Notes: generated from the letters alone by a model not told the origin. A stretch of 64,000 bases of DNA from Paramecium tetraurelia (GCA_000165425.1 CT868296.1:248001-312000); one strand, 5' to 3'; counted from the first letter of the stretch, positions 43,991 through 58,450 are shown. Translations and numbers: made by a program.

Positions 43991-44807
43991 ATGCCACCCT
44001 TATTCGTTTTTGTTGCCGTGATTCTTGTACTAACCAATGCTTAATCAAGTGAGAAAAAGATAAACAATAAAGGTTATAATTATCTCCATTATGTAGAATA
44101 AAATGACGATCTTCTAAAAAGTACAAATATTTTCAATTCTTGCATTATTGTCTCTTACAATTATTTAATACAGGAAGATACCCAAATAGAAAATGAATTA
44201 AATAAAATCATGATGAGTTATGAGGAAATTTAGGATTTTGAATAAAAAATTGCACAACAATACGTTGCATCTAAAAGAATCAAACTTGATGCAGTCAAAC
44301 AATGCGTAAATAAACAGACTGTTGATGGATCATAAAAAGTGAGAATAACTATTTATTAGGTAGATATTATCAGAATTGTAAAATAAAATATTTGATGCTA
44401 AAAACTATTATCATTTGATGAGTGGATTCGATTTAAAGAAATACTTTGACAGATAAGTTGAATACAAATTCACTTAAGATGATGAAACTCTTTCTGATAT
44501 GATTGAAGTATCATGAGTTTTCTATTAAATAGGAATTTTTGACCAAATTGAAAAAAGCTCAAGGAGTTGAAGAGTTTGGATTTAATGATTTATACCCTCA
44601 AATGAAGGATGATCAATTGAAAACTAAAATCTTCGGAGTAGCTCTTGAATCCTCATGGCTTTCATATATGATTTTCTTTTCAGTTGCCTTTGTAATCATT
44701 TTGATCATGAAATTTGGTATATCCCTATTCCATAATAACTAGCTTACACAACTCTATAGGATTCACAAAAAACCAATTCAAAAAAACAAAAAAAATAAAA
44801 AAAATGA
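43991..44807 (+). CDS. Type I membrane protein with signal peptide and Lys-rich cytosolic tail
   Basis: MPPLFVFVAVILVLTNAQ signal; TM YMIFFSVAFVIILIMKF; ends KKQKKQKK; several tiny introns. Confidence 0.75.
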
Positions 44808-45032
44808 ACAATATTAAATAAGTATATTAAATAAAGAGTTGTATTTAAGTTTGTGTTTAAGAAGGATTATCACAGCATCTTGCTGCTATTTTAATTAATT
44901 TCCAATATAATTTATAAGCAATATATTGTTTAATTTGATTAATTAATAATAAATTACAACTCTTTGTAGAATCTGATGATATGAGATAGTTTTATATAGG
45001 TAATTTTGAAGGATTTAATTAATATATGAGTT

Positions 45033-45342
45033 TCAAAATATGAAACAACAACATCCCTTTGATCTTTGGATCATCACAAATCTAAGTCGATTATCTGATC
45101 CTAACAATAACTCGTGAACTTTAGATTTGTTAACTATTTTGGTGTTGCCATATTCCTAAATTAAGTCAAAGTCATCTGGACCCAAGTCGATATATCTTAA
45201 AGTTATAAGCACCTTCCCCTTTGAATGTATTTGGTACCTTTAGATCTTCGATGGATATCGTAGATTCAACATCCAACTGAAAAGTGTCCCTCTCGACTGA
45301 GGGATGAGAAAAGTCTTTATGGACTGTAATCTATACTAGCAT
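45033..45342 (-). CDS. Small ubiquitin-fold-like protein with C-terminal CC-CAAX (MUB/UBL3-like architecture)
   Basis: MLVQITVHK..TFQLDVESTISIEDLK|VLITLRY..FDLIQEYGNTKIVNKSKVHELLLGSDNRLRFVMIQRSKGCCCFIF. Confidence 0.65.
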
Positions 45343-45384
45343 ATAATTAAAATATATATAATATAATAATTATATATATATATA

Positions 45385-46022
45385 TCAAATGGAAACCAGT
45401 TCAATCCAATAAAGATTGGGTTCAACTTACCATTTATATCCTTTGCTTTGATAAATTTATGAGTTCTGATTGTTTAAGTATTCGGTCACTTTGTTGAGCT
45501 GTACCTTTTCCAAATCCATAAACTGTGGTTCTAAACTCCAAGTCTTAGCAACAACTATTAAAGTAAGCACTAACTAACAATATTCAAATACATGCTGCTA
45601 GACATAGAATAGCCACTGCAACATATAGCAATGCTAATTTGTCTCTACTTCCGTAGATTAAAACTAAAAGGAACACGAAGGCCAAAAGAATTAAGAAAAC
45701 TGACACATAGAGAAGTGGTTAATATGCCTTGGTTGGGTCTTTGTGTTCTTCTCTTTATTTTTCTCTCCACAAATTACGACAAATACGAGTAGCTTCAGCC
45801 ACAGTATTATCAAAGGTTTATTTGTCGATATTTCTAGCTAACAATTTGTCATCATAAGTTTTCCATTGGAATCCAACTCCCTAAGTTTAGTTCAACATTT
45901 GCAAATACATCTTTATTAGCTTTGACAATGAAACGATCCTCTGTTGATTGTGGGAACTCAAGTTTATCAATCTTTTGTGCTCTTGAAGCAAAATTAAAAT
46001 CTCCTCCTTTGGCTTTCTTCAT
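45385..46022 (-). CDS. Two-TM protein with possible Golgin-A7/Erf4-like domain
   Basis: LLARNIDKQTFDNTVAEATRIC, two TM helices, VTEYLNNQNSQIYQSKGYKWQVEPNLYWIEL. Confidence 0.55.
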
Positions 46023-46045
46023 TTATTTTAATTATATATAATAAT

Positions 46046-49000
46046 ATGTATCAAATACTGAAAAGTGTCTCACATTTTTAGAACGAGTGCATTCTAACCT
46101 ATTCGAAAGAGAAGCTCATTATTTACACCAAAGAAATATTGCTACATATGCAAGTACTAACATCATGAGATTGTGCTTAGACTTTTAGGAATTATATAAG
46201 TGATATCGTGGCTGTGGCAACGTCAAGCAAAGGAGTATTTGTCGTGTTCTGTGAGAGAGAATTGATAGCGTATAAGCCCCTTTTGAATGGCTGGGAATAA
46301 GGGTACAGTAAAAATTGCACAAATCCCATAAGAGATGCATTTTTCTCATTTGATGGTAATATATACATAATTCTATAAAACAGATGAACATATCATAGGA
46401 TGTTCATAAAATAAGCTTCACATTTGGAAGGCAACTCATAAGCAAAATAGATTACTTGGACAATTAGATTAATATGAATTAATTGATCTGACAGAAATCT
46501 ACACATTAGAATTAGAATACTAAATAGCAAATGTGAAATTCTCTCCAGATGTTCGTTATTTTACAACCCTTCATTTAAATACAGTTATTGTGTGGGATTT
46601 CCATTCAATCAAGGAAGTCTAAGAAGGAGCTCTGTCACAACAATAAAGAGTGAGTTTGGATCATTAAGACGAAGTAATTTCTTACAAATTTCGAGGTACA
46701 CTTAGAATAGCTCCATCTCCATTTCCCACTCCTAATACCATTGTTACACTCACCAAATCCAACCAATTAACAATATGGTAAGAAATGATTCAATGCAAAA
46801 ATTTCTGTAAATTACACACATTGCATTTCGATCAAATCTCATCATTTTGTTTCATTTACCTCAAGGGATTAACACCTTACCCTTGGAAAAATACATATTT
46901 AGAATCTGATTAATTTGGAGTATAGGACACAGAGTAATCTAGTGTGGATTACCTTCTCTTACACTAGGAATCTGAATTAAGTGTTGTCAAATTAGATTTC
47001 CTAAGGAATTATTCATTAGAAGAATCTGTTAAAGTAATTAAGAAGACTAAAAGTAACATCTTCAATCAAATTAAAAAGATTCTTCTAGTTGATTAAATAG
47101 AAGGACAAAAAATTGAAATGATCGGATTCGATAGATTGTGGAATCTAATCAAAATATGTGTGAATTTGAAGGATGATTCCTAATAGATGTTTCAATGTGA
47201 AAAATTCATATTTTAGAATATCGTACATTTCTCCACATGTAAAAGTCAAGTGGCAATAATAAATGATTGGAATTATTTGTGTTTGCAATAATTAAAATTG
47301 AATAGTGTTATTAGTTAGGAATATCATATTGTTGAGGGACAATAAAAGATATGGAAAATTAATTCAGATCTATCCAAATGTAAAATCCATTCTTTATAGT
47401 AGATTAGCTAATGTTTATTGCTAAGGATAAAATTAAAGAAAATGATGTTATTGTACTAACATCATCTAATGCTTAACAATGTTAGGCTTTTATTATCTAG
47501 TAAAATCAACTAGTAGAAGTGCATCTCAAATTATACAACCATCTATCAAATGAGTATCGAGATAAAATTACTGACTTGAGAAAAATCAATTATGAAATAG
47601 ATGACTTACAATTATTAGTAATAGCAGCCTCGAAAATTGCATTAATTTAAATATAGTTTGAGATCTATGGACATGGACAGATGGATTTATAAATATTAGA
47701 ATTGAAGACATGGAAATTAGATTTCACTTATGAAAGACTCTAAGTCTTACAATCGATAGAACTATCTTTTATTTCCATTTCTGGGAAAACATTGAAGGGA
47801 TACAATGAATAGATGAAGCAAATCGTTTAAATTTCTAAAAACTACAATATCAAAGATGTTGGATAGTTAAAGGGAATCCAGCCTATTTATTATGTGATGA
47901 GTCATCAAAATGAAATTGATTTTCATTCTTCATCAGGAGAATTTTTGGTTAGATTCAATCTCCAATCATTTCTTGTGAGAGTAGACAAGGCTCTTTATGA
48001 TGTTTCCAAAGTTATAGTGTAGGTTGTACCATTAAATAACTTTGCATTCATTTTATAAACCGATAATTACTTGACGGCATTTGCGATACAATTTGATAAG
48101 AGTGATTAAAATTATAAATTGACATCGATTAAATAGTAATTGATTTACCTAATATTATAGAAAGTACTTAAATAATAGAGAAGCAATCTATTGTAAACGA
48201 TTATCGAAATATTCTATGCCTTAAAATTATAGATTTTTCACAATAAAGGACTGTCTAATAGTAAAAACTGGCCGAAAAGTGAAAGTATTGGGAAATTCAT
48301 TAATCCGTTGTTTAGCAGACAAGTTTTGGATGCCTAGTACATTAAGCTACAAATTAATAAATTAATAAAGTATTTTAATTATCGATAATATAGACAACGT
48401 TTAATTGTAAGATTATGATTTCCTGAGTGAATTAATACAACTTGGTAAAATACAATTGGTATAATTCATATTGAAGCTAATATGTCTCAAATTTAAACAT
48501 CATGGTACTTTGGGAAATCATTTTATGGTTCCATATAAGTATTTATTAGAATTATATCATTTGAATTCTGAGCCAGAACCCTTATGGGTTGATGCAATTA
48601 AGACATATGTAACAAAGAAACTGTAAGACAAGGATTCATATGATTATACTTTACATCCAGTTGATGTACTTAAAAAGATTTGTTAAGAATATCCATTAAA
48701 GATTACTATAATTCTAGATTACTTAAGATATTATGAAGATAATTCACGTTCATTAGACTTTTATGCTGCAATGTTTATGTTCCATGTGTAAATCTTCAGA
48801 AATCAACCTACTCACAAAAGAAATCGAGTGTTAAGTTCTAAAGAAGTTGTTTGGGCATTACATTCATTGTAAAAAGAAACTCTTTGGTAAGAATGCATTG
48901 GCAATTCAGATGATTTATCTTGGAATTTAGTTAAAAGATATGCAGCAGTATTATGGATGGATTTGTCATTCATTAAATAAAGATTGGAAGAAATTGCATT

Positions 49001-52000
49001 GTAGATTTATAAATAATCTAAAGACCCATTTTAATCGTTATTATACTTTATAGTTTTGGGTAAAAAGAGTGTAATAACAACGCTTTTCAAAAAGGAAGTT
49101 AATTCTGGCAAAGAATACAAATCGACATATGAATTTTTGCAATAAGATTTCACTTAACCCAGATGGAAATCAGCTGCTTCAAAGAATGCATATGCCTTAG
49201 TATCTAAAAAAAGATACTAAGATGCAGCTGCCTTTTTCTTAATAGGAGGACATTTGAATGATGCAGTGAATGTCATGGCTAGATATATGGAGGATATTTA
49301 ATTAGCTTACTTAACAACAAAGATCCATGAACCTCAAGGTGGACCTGTTGGTGAATAACTAATCTAAGACTATTTTATCAAAAGTGGTGAGGAGATGAAT
49401 GATATTTGGTTATTGCATATAGGTTTTTATCTATTGGGAAGATATGTTGATAGTGTTAATGTTTTATTAAGAGAACCTGAACATCATATATTAGAATATG
49501 ATAATTCAGGAAAGGCTGTCTGCATTAGTTGGCCATCTACATTCACACCTTAGTTATCGTATTATCATCCGTCAGCTATTCTGTTGGTTGAAAAACTCAA
49601 GGAAAATATAAATGTGAAAAGAGAAATCCAATAAAGCATTGATGCTAATAAAAAGAAGAGCAAGAAGGCAGAGGATGATATCTTTTCTCAATTTTATGAA
49701 AGTGAAGAATCAGAAGAGGAAGAAGTTGTAGAATAAGTTCCAATTAAGAAGATAAATGATAATTAGGAATTCATTAAGTAATAAGCAGTAGAATATTATT
49801 ACAACATCTAAATGCCATAATTAGGAATGATATTTGCTTAAGAGTTAAATTAACAAACAGAATAATCAGAGTAGTTAATCGAATTATAGATTGAAATGTA
49901 CATAGTTTAAGCTATTGAGGATTAAGAGCATTTCACAAATTATGTGTAACTAATGTAGAAACTTGATGATTTAGCCAATTTTACAAATCATAACAAAACT
50001 AAACTATATGATATTGCATTGAAGAAATTAAGATAGTTAAAGTCTCCTTCTCGTTTTCTTACATTTGCTATCCATTATGATTAGACTGGGCTAGATGAGT
50101 TCATTTCTTTTTGTCAAGAAACTTAGAGTTTATTGTATAGAATATGTTTCGATTATCCCTTATCCGAAAAGAGTTAAGAGTATTATTTAACATTTGTTCA
50201 GAGTCTCTATGAAATTGATGTTGGATTGAAACTATTTTAATAATCCTAATATTATCAAAAGAAATTTGATAACAAATTGAAATTGAACATCATTAAGTTA
50301 TTGGCATTGTTCATGACTTTGATTTTGGCATTAGAATTACACCTATGGGAGAACGCGTTTGAACAATTAAGAAAGTTGGAGACATTTTGTAATACTGTAT
50401 ACAAATAACATGTATAAGATTGTGGATACGAGAATTTGAGAGATGATTTCTGTGAGTTGGTGAAATCAGCAATCAAAAATAAAAGACTCTATGCAAATAA
50501 AGGGTTTAAAGCATATCGAAATTTAGATGTGTTGTAAGATGCTTATCCTGAAGATTTATATAATGTTAGTGAATAGGATTATTTGCAAAAGCATAAACCA
50601 GCTGCACCAGAATAGGAGTAATAGAAATCAGATAGTCTTGAAGATTTATAATAATCGGATCTTAGTTAAGAAAAGACAACAGAGGAGGAGAATATATAGA
50701 ACTCATTTATATATTTTACTTTGCAATCTTTGATTGTGAAATACTTCTTGTCTATATCTAAGAGTTACTTTAAATTAGAAATATTCAATATTGCAATAAC
50801 TAGTTATAGTAATATCTTTACAATGGCTGAATAATACGTGACCACTAGAAATGATATGGTTATCACTTTATTAAAGAATCTCTCTGATTTCTCCTAAGAA
50901 TAGAATTTTATTGAAGATCTAAGAATGGTTTTGAAGGAGACTTCATTTGCTAAAAGTCAATACTTTAAGTAGCTTGAAAGGATTTTCAATTTGAATCATT
51001 TCTTTTAAATTTGCTAAAAGGTTGGATTAGATCAATATTTGGAGGAAATCTCAATAAATAGAACTAAATAAGCATTCAAATATCCAATAAGTAATTTTGA
51101 CGAGTAATCAATAATCACATTCAAAAATAAAATCTTTAAGTAAGGAGTTGAAGTATTTAAAATAAAGTCCGATTAAATTAAGAGCATATGTATTAATAAT
51201 ACCAATCCAATTGAAGGGTTTGTATTATATGGCAAATTCTTAAAGCATATGAAATTTTATAACACTCTCTAACACAAAAATAGATCATTGGATGGTTATA
51301 ATTTGGTAGAAGAAGAAACTATCGATGAGGCTATAAGAACAGAAGCATCTTAAACAAATAAACCATACATTGTAAAACTATGCTCCTCAGCTTTAGGAAT
51401 CTAGGTTGGATTGGATAAGGAGAAAAAATCATATTTAAAATCAAGAGCACATCCTTATGAAGAATACAAAGACTTCACTGAAAAGGATTTTATGGAAAAA
51501 TTCTAGAACTGTTCTAGTAAATTGATTCCAGAGGAGGATTTGTAATGTTTGGCTTCTCATCCTCATCTACCCTTATTTTTACAAGGGGGAAAAGGAATGA
51601 TCAATGTAATGACTTTTAAATCATCCACATAAGTAGTTGCTGAATTCAATTCTCAATAAAGAGATTCTATTGATTTTCTTAAATTTAATAACTCAGGTGA
51701 ATTATTTATTGGACATGATATAAATAATAGTGCTTATATTTGGAAACTTAATCGAGTCAACAAACTCAATACACCACTCTTCTAACTTAATAGTAAAGTT
51801 AGACCAACCACTGATCTGACCTTTATTAACGAGGGAACAGTTTTTGCTTCTATTTATAGTTCTACTAATAAGCCTCATTTTGGTTTGTATGATATGTTAT
51901 TACCTTCTAATCGTAATATTGTAGCATAAGAGAACTTTAATGGTACAGACATCTTATTTTCTACTCCCTTGAATTCTATTTTGATTGGCAATCAAAAAAA

Positions 52001-52345
52001 AGGGACTGTCAATTTCTTAGATATCAGAAAGAATTAAATCTACAAAACATTAGAAGTAATATGATAAATTTATTATTTTAAGTTACCTTTCACAGAAATC
52101 AAATTTATGAAACTGAATCAGTATCAAACTTCACTAATTTGTGCCTGCAATGATGGATAAATTAAAATCATCAATTTAGAAACTCTGTCTACTATTGTTG
52201 ATTATAAACCATTTAGATAAGGTACAAATACATTCATATAATTTTAGATAAAAAGCAGTAAATTATGGCTTTGACATAAACTGAGAATGCTACATATGCA
52301 GCATCATCTGATGGAGTTATATCATTAGTATATTTGAATGCATGA
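46046..52345 (+). CDS. Rav1 / rabconnectin-3alpha (DMXL)-like V-ATPase assembly regulator
   Basis: About 2000 aa; DFTQPRWKSAASKNAYALVSKKRYQDAAAFFLIGGHLNDAVNV..EDIQLAY (Rav1p_C signature), VVWALHSLQKETL, C-terminal WD40 repeats. Confidence 0.9.
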
Positions 52346-52971
52346 ATTTATAAAATTAAATTTAATACATATATTCTCTAAAAAACAATAGGTGAAATTC
52401 GCTTTGCTAAAGTGGATGCTACTCAGTTTCAAAAACTTTTAGCCAAATTTTTTTTAGAATTCAAACAGATGAATTTGAATTAGGAGCAAAAAGATGTGAC
52501 AGTAAAAATAAAGATTTCTGTCAATTTTAAGACCGGAAATAGGAATCTCGATTTTAGAAAATATACTTATTGAAGATTGATAGATTTAATGGCAGTTTAT
52601 GTAATATCAAATATATTAACTTGATTGATTGATTGACTTTGGACAGTGAAAAACGAAATTTGTCTTAATTAATGGGAAATTTGTTTAATTTTTTGAAAAA
52701 CTGAATCCTCAAAGTCCATTACATGGCTTAGATTAATAAATGTAAAGAATTAAAGAAATAATGAATTATACTAAAATTTGAGCTGGCCTAAATTATTATA
52801 AGATTAAAATCAATCCGTTTACAATGATAGTAGAATTGGGAAAACTTATATTGATAATTCTTAATATTTTACTTATATGTATAATACGATCATTAATAGA
52901 AAATATTAAAAAAATATTCATTATATTTTTATATTTTTATTTATACTTCATTGATCATTTTTAACTTAATT

Positions 52972-54573
52972 TCATTAAATTGGACTCACCTACTCTTACT
53001 CTTAGCATATTTATTTCGACTTTTCTTCTTATTTTTATTGAATCTTCTCTTTGATCTATAATAATTAAGGTTTAGTTACTGTTTAGTTTTTGATTTCTGT
53101 GCGTTTCTCATACCTTTGATAAAATTCTTCTAGAAATTTCACAAACATCTTCTAATATGTTTCTTAATAATCAAATATGATATTCTATTCTTCCAAAAGT
53201 AGTTAATCTAATGTTTCTTGTGCTTCTGATACCTCTTGTTCTTTTTTCTGTTCTGGGTTTTTTAGTAATATGTTTTAAATGGTACCAATAAATTATTTCA
53301 ATACTGTGTTTTCATGTAAGTTTTTAATATCCTTTGAATCTATTTAGATAGATTTTTTAATCCCACCGATATTTTTCAATTCAACTACTAAATCAAAATA
53401 TTGTATCAAATAATCATATTCTTATTTATCTATGAGTTCTAATTTTTTAACCTTTTCTTTAGCTTAGTCCAACATTAGTGATTTTAGTTTTCCTGTCTAG
53501 AATCTCGCCTATAATGCTTTACAATTTAACCTAACTTTCTTTTTCTTTTTATTTTCAATATATTCCAACGAAAATTAAGGCCTCTCCTTCTTTTTATCCG
53601 GAAATTTAGGGTCCTCTTAATTATTTTGCTCCTACATTTTGTTTTTTATGTAATCGGTTAATTTAGCAATTTTATTTTGGATTTCTTTAGGTATGTCTTA
53701 TTTATACTGTTTTCTGATGCAGAAATAAGTGCTAATAGTTGTCTTCCAATCATTATACTTATTATATAGTATTAATTGCAATTCATTTCGGATATTTTCA
53801 CATCCTTTACCATGCTTTTAAACAACTTTACATATTAAACTAACGTATAATGAGAGGATATATTTTTTTATATTTTTCTCAATCTTCTACTCTTTACCCT
53901 ATTTAATTTAAACAAATTTTCTTCTAATAAATTCCTCAAAGATTAATTCAGGTTCTTTACCGACATTTTAAATCGGCTTACTTGGGTTCTATACTTCAGT
54001 TTAGGTCTTTGTTTTGCTATAGGAATCATGTTTTCTCTAGCCTTTTTCTGTTTCATATAACATGGAATTAGACTCATGTTGTTCAAACTAATTCTCTTCA
54101 TTTGGATTGTGTAATTGAAATGATGCCTCAAATTGATTCATTAAATTCATATTAAGATCTTCCTTTATAACTTACTAATTCTCCTAAATCTATTTCATTT
54201 TTGGACTCCTCTTGGATTCCCCTTTTTAAATTTGAAAACCTCCTCCCTTTTGTTCATTTTACGAACTTTCTTAGATTTACACTTTCGTATCTAATTTTAC
54301 TTTGCTTTCCAAAAGTTTACAGATTTAAAAACCTTAATTGAAATTTTATCCTTGCTCTGAAGCTATAGGCACAGAAAAATTTTAAAGTTCTTAATATTTC
54401 TAAGGAAGAGGACTTTATAATTAGGAATACTAGTCTTTTATGGGTGAAAATTATGGGAATAAATCTGTGTATAAGCACAAAGGAAGACTTTACATTGAGG
54501 AGCATAGGTCAATTTGGGCTTGAGATAAGTTTAAATTTGAATCTAAAGAGTTTTAGGAACTATATTTTTTCAT
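52972..54573 (-). CDS. Hypothetical charged/coiled-coil protein (ends approximate)
   Basis: MKKYSSQNSLDSNLNLSQAQIDLCSSM start; long K/E/Q-rich frame in ciliate code. Confidence 0.55.
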
Positions 54574-54657
54574 TTTTAGAATGAATAATTATGATTTAAT
54601 TAAAACCGAAAGGAATAAATTACGTGAACAGATAGTAAAATTGAAATATTTAATATT

Positions 54658-55206
54658 ATGTATAAATCAGTTAAAAATATCAAACGCAATCCCATATTTA
54701 CCAGGGGTAAGATAAGAAATTAGATCAACAAAAAAACAAGATAGTTAGGTTTAACCCCATTGGATGAAAACTATGGAGGAGGATTTGATAAATTAATCAG
54801 CCTATCAATTTAAGATTGTACTAAGAGAAACCAAAAGTTATAAATTGGATGAATTAATTAGAGAATAAATTACAAACTGAATGTTAATGAAGAGAAACAA
54901 TGCTGAAGACTTTGAGGACAAAGTTTGCCACCGTTGATAAATCTTCGTGCAATCATTATTATTCAAAGAAGGGATAACGTGGGGAAACTGTTTAAATTAA
55001 ATTATAAATCAGACCTAATAATGCCTATTAATATAGAATTAAGGGAGAACTTGATAATTATTAAGGTTGAGTTGAGTGAATTTTAAAAGAAAATAGACTC
55101 ATTTCATAGAAAGAGCACTAATGAATAAGGTGCTTTTATTAAAGGACTCAGCAATACAATCATAGGCAGATTGCTACGAAGAGAGGACACTTTGATACAA
55201 AAGTGA
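54658..55206 (+). CDS. Hypothetical small coiled-coil protein (exon structure unresolved)
   Basis: ATG at 54658, coding-like sequence ending RLLRREDTLIQK-TGA. Confidence 0.4.
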
Positions 55207-55431
55207 ATCGAATCAAACTTAATTAAAAATATTAGTGTTTTTTCATTTTAATAAATTATAAATAATAAAATAGTTTAGTTTTAAGTATTAATAGGAGATG
55301 AAAGCATTATTGGTCTAGGTCTCTTTATGTTGATCAAAGACAAACTTTTGATTAAATTATTAACAGTTTGTAAGGCTTATTGAAAATTCCAAAGAATAAT
55401 GAGTGATCTAAATATAATATCTTTATTAAAT

Positions 55432-55818
55432 ATGTCACTCAAGTTATACGGCCCATCAACTAATCCTAGACTTAGTCAAGTCATCTAGTTGCCGATCTTC
55501 TTTAAATCCCAGTAATGCAGTTAGAGTTGGATACTATCTATGCGAATCAAAGGAACATTTGCCAAGAAACCCATTTGCTAAAATTCCTGTCATTGAAACA
55601 AATGATGGATTCCTTTATGAAAGCAATGCGATATGTAGATATCTTGCTAGATCAAAATTAGAATCAGGATTATATGGGTATGATACTTAGAATAATTCTT
55701 AAGAGCTACTCCCTTCTAATAATCATAGGTTGATTAATGGATTGATTGGACAGTAAATGAATTAGATCCAAATTTCATGACTACATTCCCATAATTATGG
55801 GGACATTATCCAGTCAAT
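55432..55818 (+). pseudogene. EEF1G: Truncated, frameshifted 5' copy of elongation factor 1-gamma (GST-N domain)
   Basis: NPFAKIPVIETNDGFLYESNAICRYLAR..QVDQWIDW; frameshifts in exon 1; homology stops abruptly at 55818. Confidence 0.8.
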
Positions 55819-57124
55819 TTATCACGATTAAATCCATAACTCAAAGATAGGCATAAGACTAAAGAAGTCAAAGGTTAAAAGTTAAAAAGAGGATTTAAAT
55901 TCCAAGAATTAAGAATATCGAAACATTTAAATCGCTTCATATAAACAAAAAAAACACCAAAAGTCCCACTCTAAAGGTTGAATTTAATATGATAAATTAA
56001 AAGAGAAGCAAAAAATTCAAAATTAATTATATATTTTAATGAGTAAAAATGAAAATTCTTAAGACAGGAATATAACAACTATCAAAATATATATAGTCCT
56101 TTAAGAATATGAAATAAAAGTATCTACATGAACCCATTATTTGCTATTTAAATTTAGTTTAGTACAAGATTAATAAACAACCAAAAGTTATGGAATGATA
56201 TATAGTAAGAAAAATAAACAGATCGATCATCACAACTTAATAGGAGGTCTATTGGATAAGAGTTATTTTAAAGTCTTAATGCTCTAAAGAAAAAATCTTT
56301 CAATTAAACCTTTAAGATAAAGACTCTATCAATAACCATATGTCACTAGGCAAATTAATCAACATAGAAACTTGATATCTTAAAATGTTAACTTTTTAAT
56401 TAAGTATCCAATTGTGAGCGTCGTTATGATATTTATGTTAGGTTCTGACTTTTCAATGCTCTTTAATCACTTTTCTGATTTACAAAATATATTAAACCAC
56501 ATATTCCCAAAATTTTGTGAAAGAAATTTCATTTATCCGAACTATTGTAATAGAATGAATATGACAAAAATTAAAGAATAAATAATAGTTATAAAAAGGA
56601 AATAATTGATTTTCCTAATTCAAGGAATAAGTTAAGATGTTGCTATTATAATAGAGAGGAACTTCATCAATGATAACTTCAAACATATGCAATTCTTTTA
56701 GATTAATAAAATAGCTGTATTTTTTTATTGTAATTTTTATGAATCCTTATGGTTTGTTTGAAAGCTTGATTGAAGATTATCTATTTCCTATTTATAGTAA
56801 TATTCCTTTTAGGTTATATGAAGTATAAAATTTTAGAGTCTAAAAGAATTACATATTTTTTTCTCATAAGTTGACTCATTATATCATTCTCAAGAAAAAT
56901 TACTTTTCAAGTTACAAATTCTAAATATTTTGATTTTTTTTTTATAATATTTATATGTTGAATTATTTCATTACTTCTGCTTATTCTCATTACATTCCAA
57001 TAATTATCTTCTTCCAATAGATTATTCTATCAGTGGAGCTTTTTTTGAGCAAATTCCTTTTCTAATTTCAAACTCTTTATCTTTTTCAATTAAAATTTTT
57101 AAATTAATACTTAACTTAGAATTT

Positions 57125-57274
57125 NNNNNNNNNNNNNNNNNNNNNNNNNNNNNNNNNNNNNNNNNNNNNNNNNNNNNNNNNNNNNNNNNNNNNNNNNNNN
57201 NNNNNNNNNNNNNNNNNNNNNNNNNNNNNNNNNNNNNNNNNNNNNNNNNNNNNNNNNNNNNNNNNNNNNNNNNN
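57125..57274. other. Assembly gap (150 N)
   Basis: Run of n characters. Confidence 1.
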
Positions 57275-58450
57275 TGTAGATATATTGATAGATAAAAATA
57301 AGAATAAGAATAATATGGGTATGATAATTAGAATAAATATTAAGAGATACTAAAATCTAATAATCATAGGTTGATTAATGGATTGATTGGACAGTAAATG
57401 AATTAGATACAAATTTCATGACTACATTCCAATAATTATGGGGACATTATCCAGTCAATGAGGATGCATTCAAAAATGCAAAAAACATTATCAATGATAA
57501 ATAAACATAATTAGACGATCACTTCAAGAATACTTCATATTTGATTGGGGATAAATTGACAATTGCTAAAGTTATTCTTATTGTAAGAATTGCTCCATTT
57601 CGTCATTTTATTGATTGATGAGAAAACCAGAAAATCATACCCTTCACTTACGAAATGGTTCATAGCTATGTCTGAACTTCCTCAATTCATAAAAGTATAA
57701 GTCAACTTATCTATATAGAATTTCGGAAGAATGAGATTATGCAAAGTTGCCTTCCCATTACCTAAATAAGAAGAATAACCAAAGGAAGAAAAACTAAAAG
57801 AATAAAACCAAAAGAGGAAAAACAAAAATAAAAAAGTAAAAGGAATAAAACCAAAGGAAGGAGAAAAGCCAAAGGAAACATAAAAATAAAAAACATAAGA
57901 CGATAATGAGCCACTTCCTGAAAAGAAAAAGAATCCTTTAGATTTACTTCCTCCACTCCATTCAATATTGATGACTATAAAAGAGCCATCTTTGCTGAAA
58001 ATGATATTCCCAAGAATATTTAATAACTCTTCACTTAAGTTGACGCTAAAGGCGGGGTCTTTATGGATTGTCACCTATAATAAATCTCAAAATGAAGGTA
58101 AATAACTTATTTTAACAAATAATTTGATGAAAGGATTTATTGATTAAAGATTGGATAAAATTTTAGAAAATACTCTTTTGCTATTCATGGTGTTTATGGT
58201 GATGAACCAAATTTGAAAATCAGAGAAGAATGGCTTTGAAAAGGAATTAAAGTCCCATAAGAATGTTTAATAATTATAATTAATATGTTTTTAAAAGATC
58301 CTGTCGCTCATGATTACCTCGTTTTCAGAAGTATCGACATTAACAGTAAGTATGATAAGAATGATTTCACTGAACTTTTGGTGAACTAAGAAGAAGATGT
58401 AACCAAAAGAAGCGGATCTTAAAGCCAGAAGCTTGATGTTTCGGATGACA
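57275..58450 (+). pseudogene. EEF1G: Elongation factor 1-gamma, disrupted as assembled (GST-C, K/E-rich linker, EF1G domain)
   Basis: SYLIGDKLTIA, KKKNPLDLLPP..FNIDDYKR, YNKSQNEGKQLILTNNLMKGFIDQRLD, YSFAIHGVYGDEPNLKI; several frameshifts and in-frame TGA at 58237. Confidence 0.8.

Noticed and set aside
58231..58242. In-frame TGA as selenocysteine or Trp recoding in EF-1-gamma
   Set aside because: It lies among multiple frameshifts and substitutions to A at a Trp position; no SECIS evident
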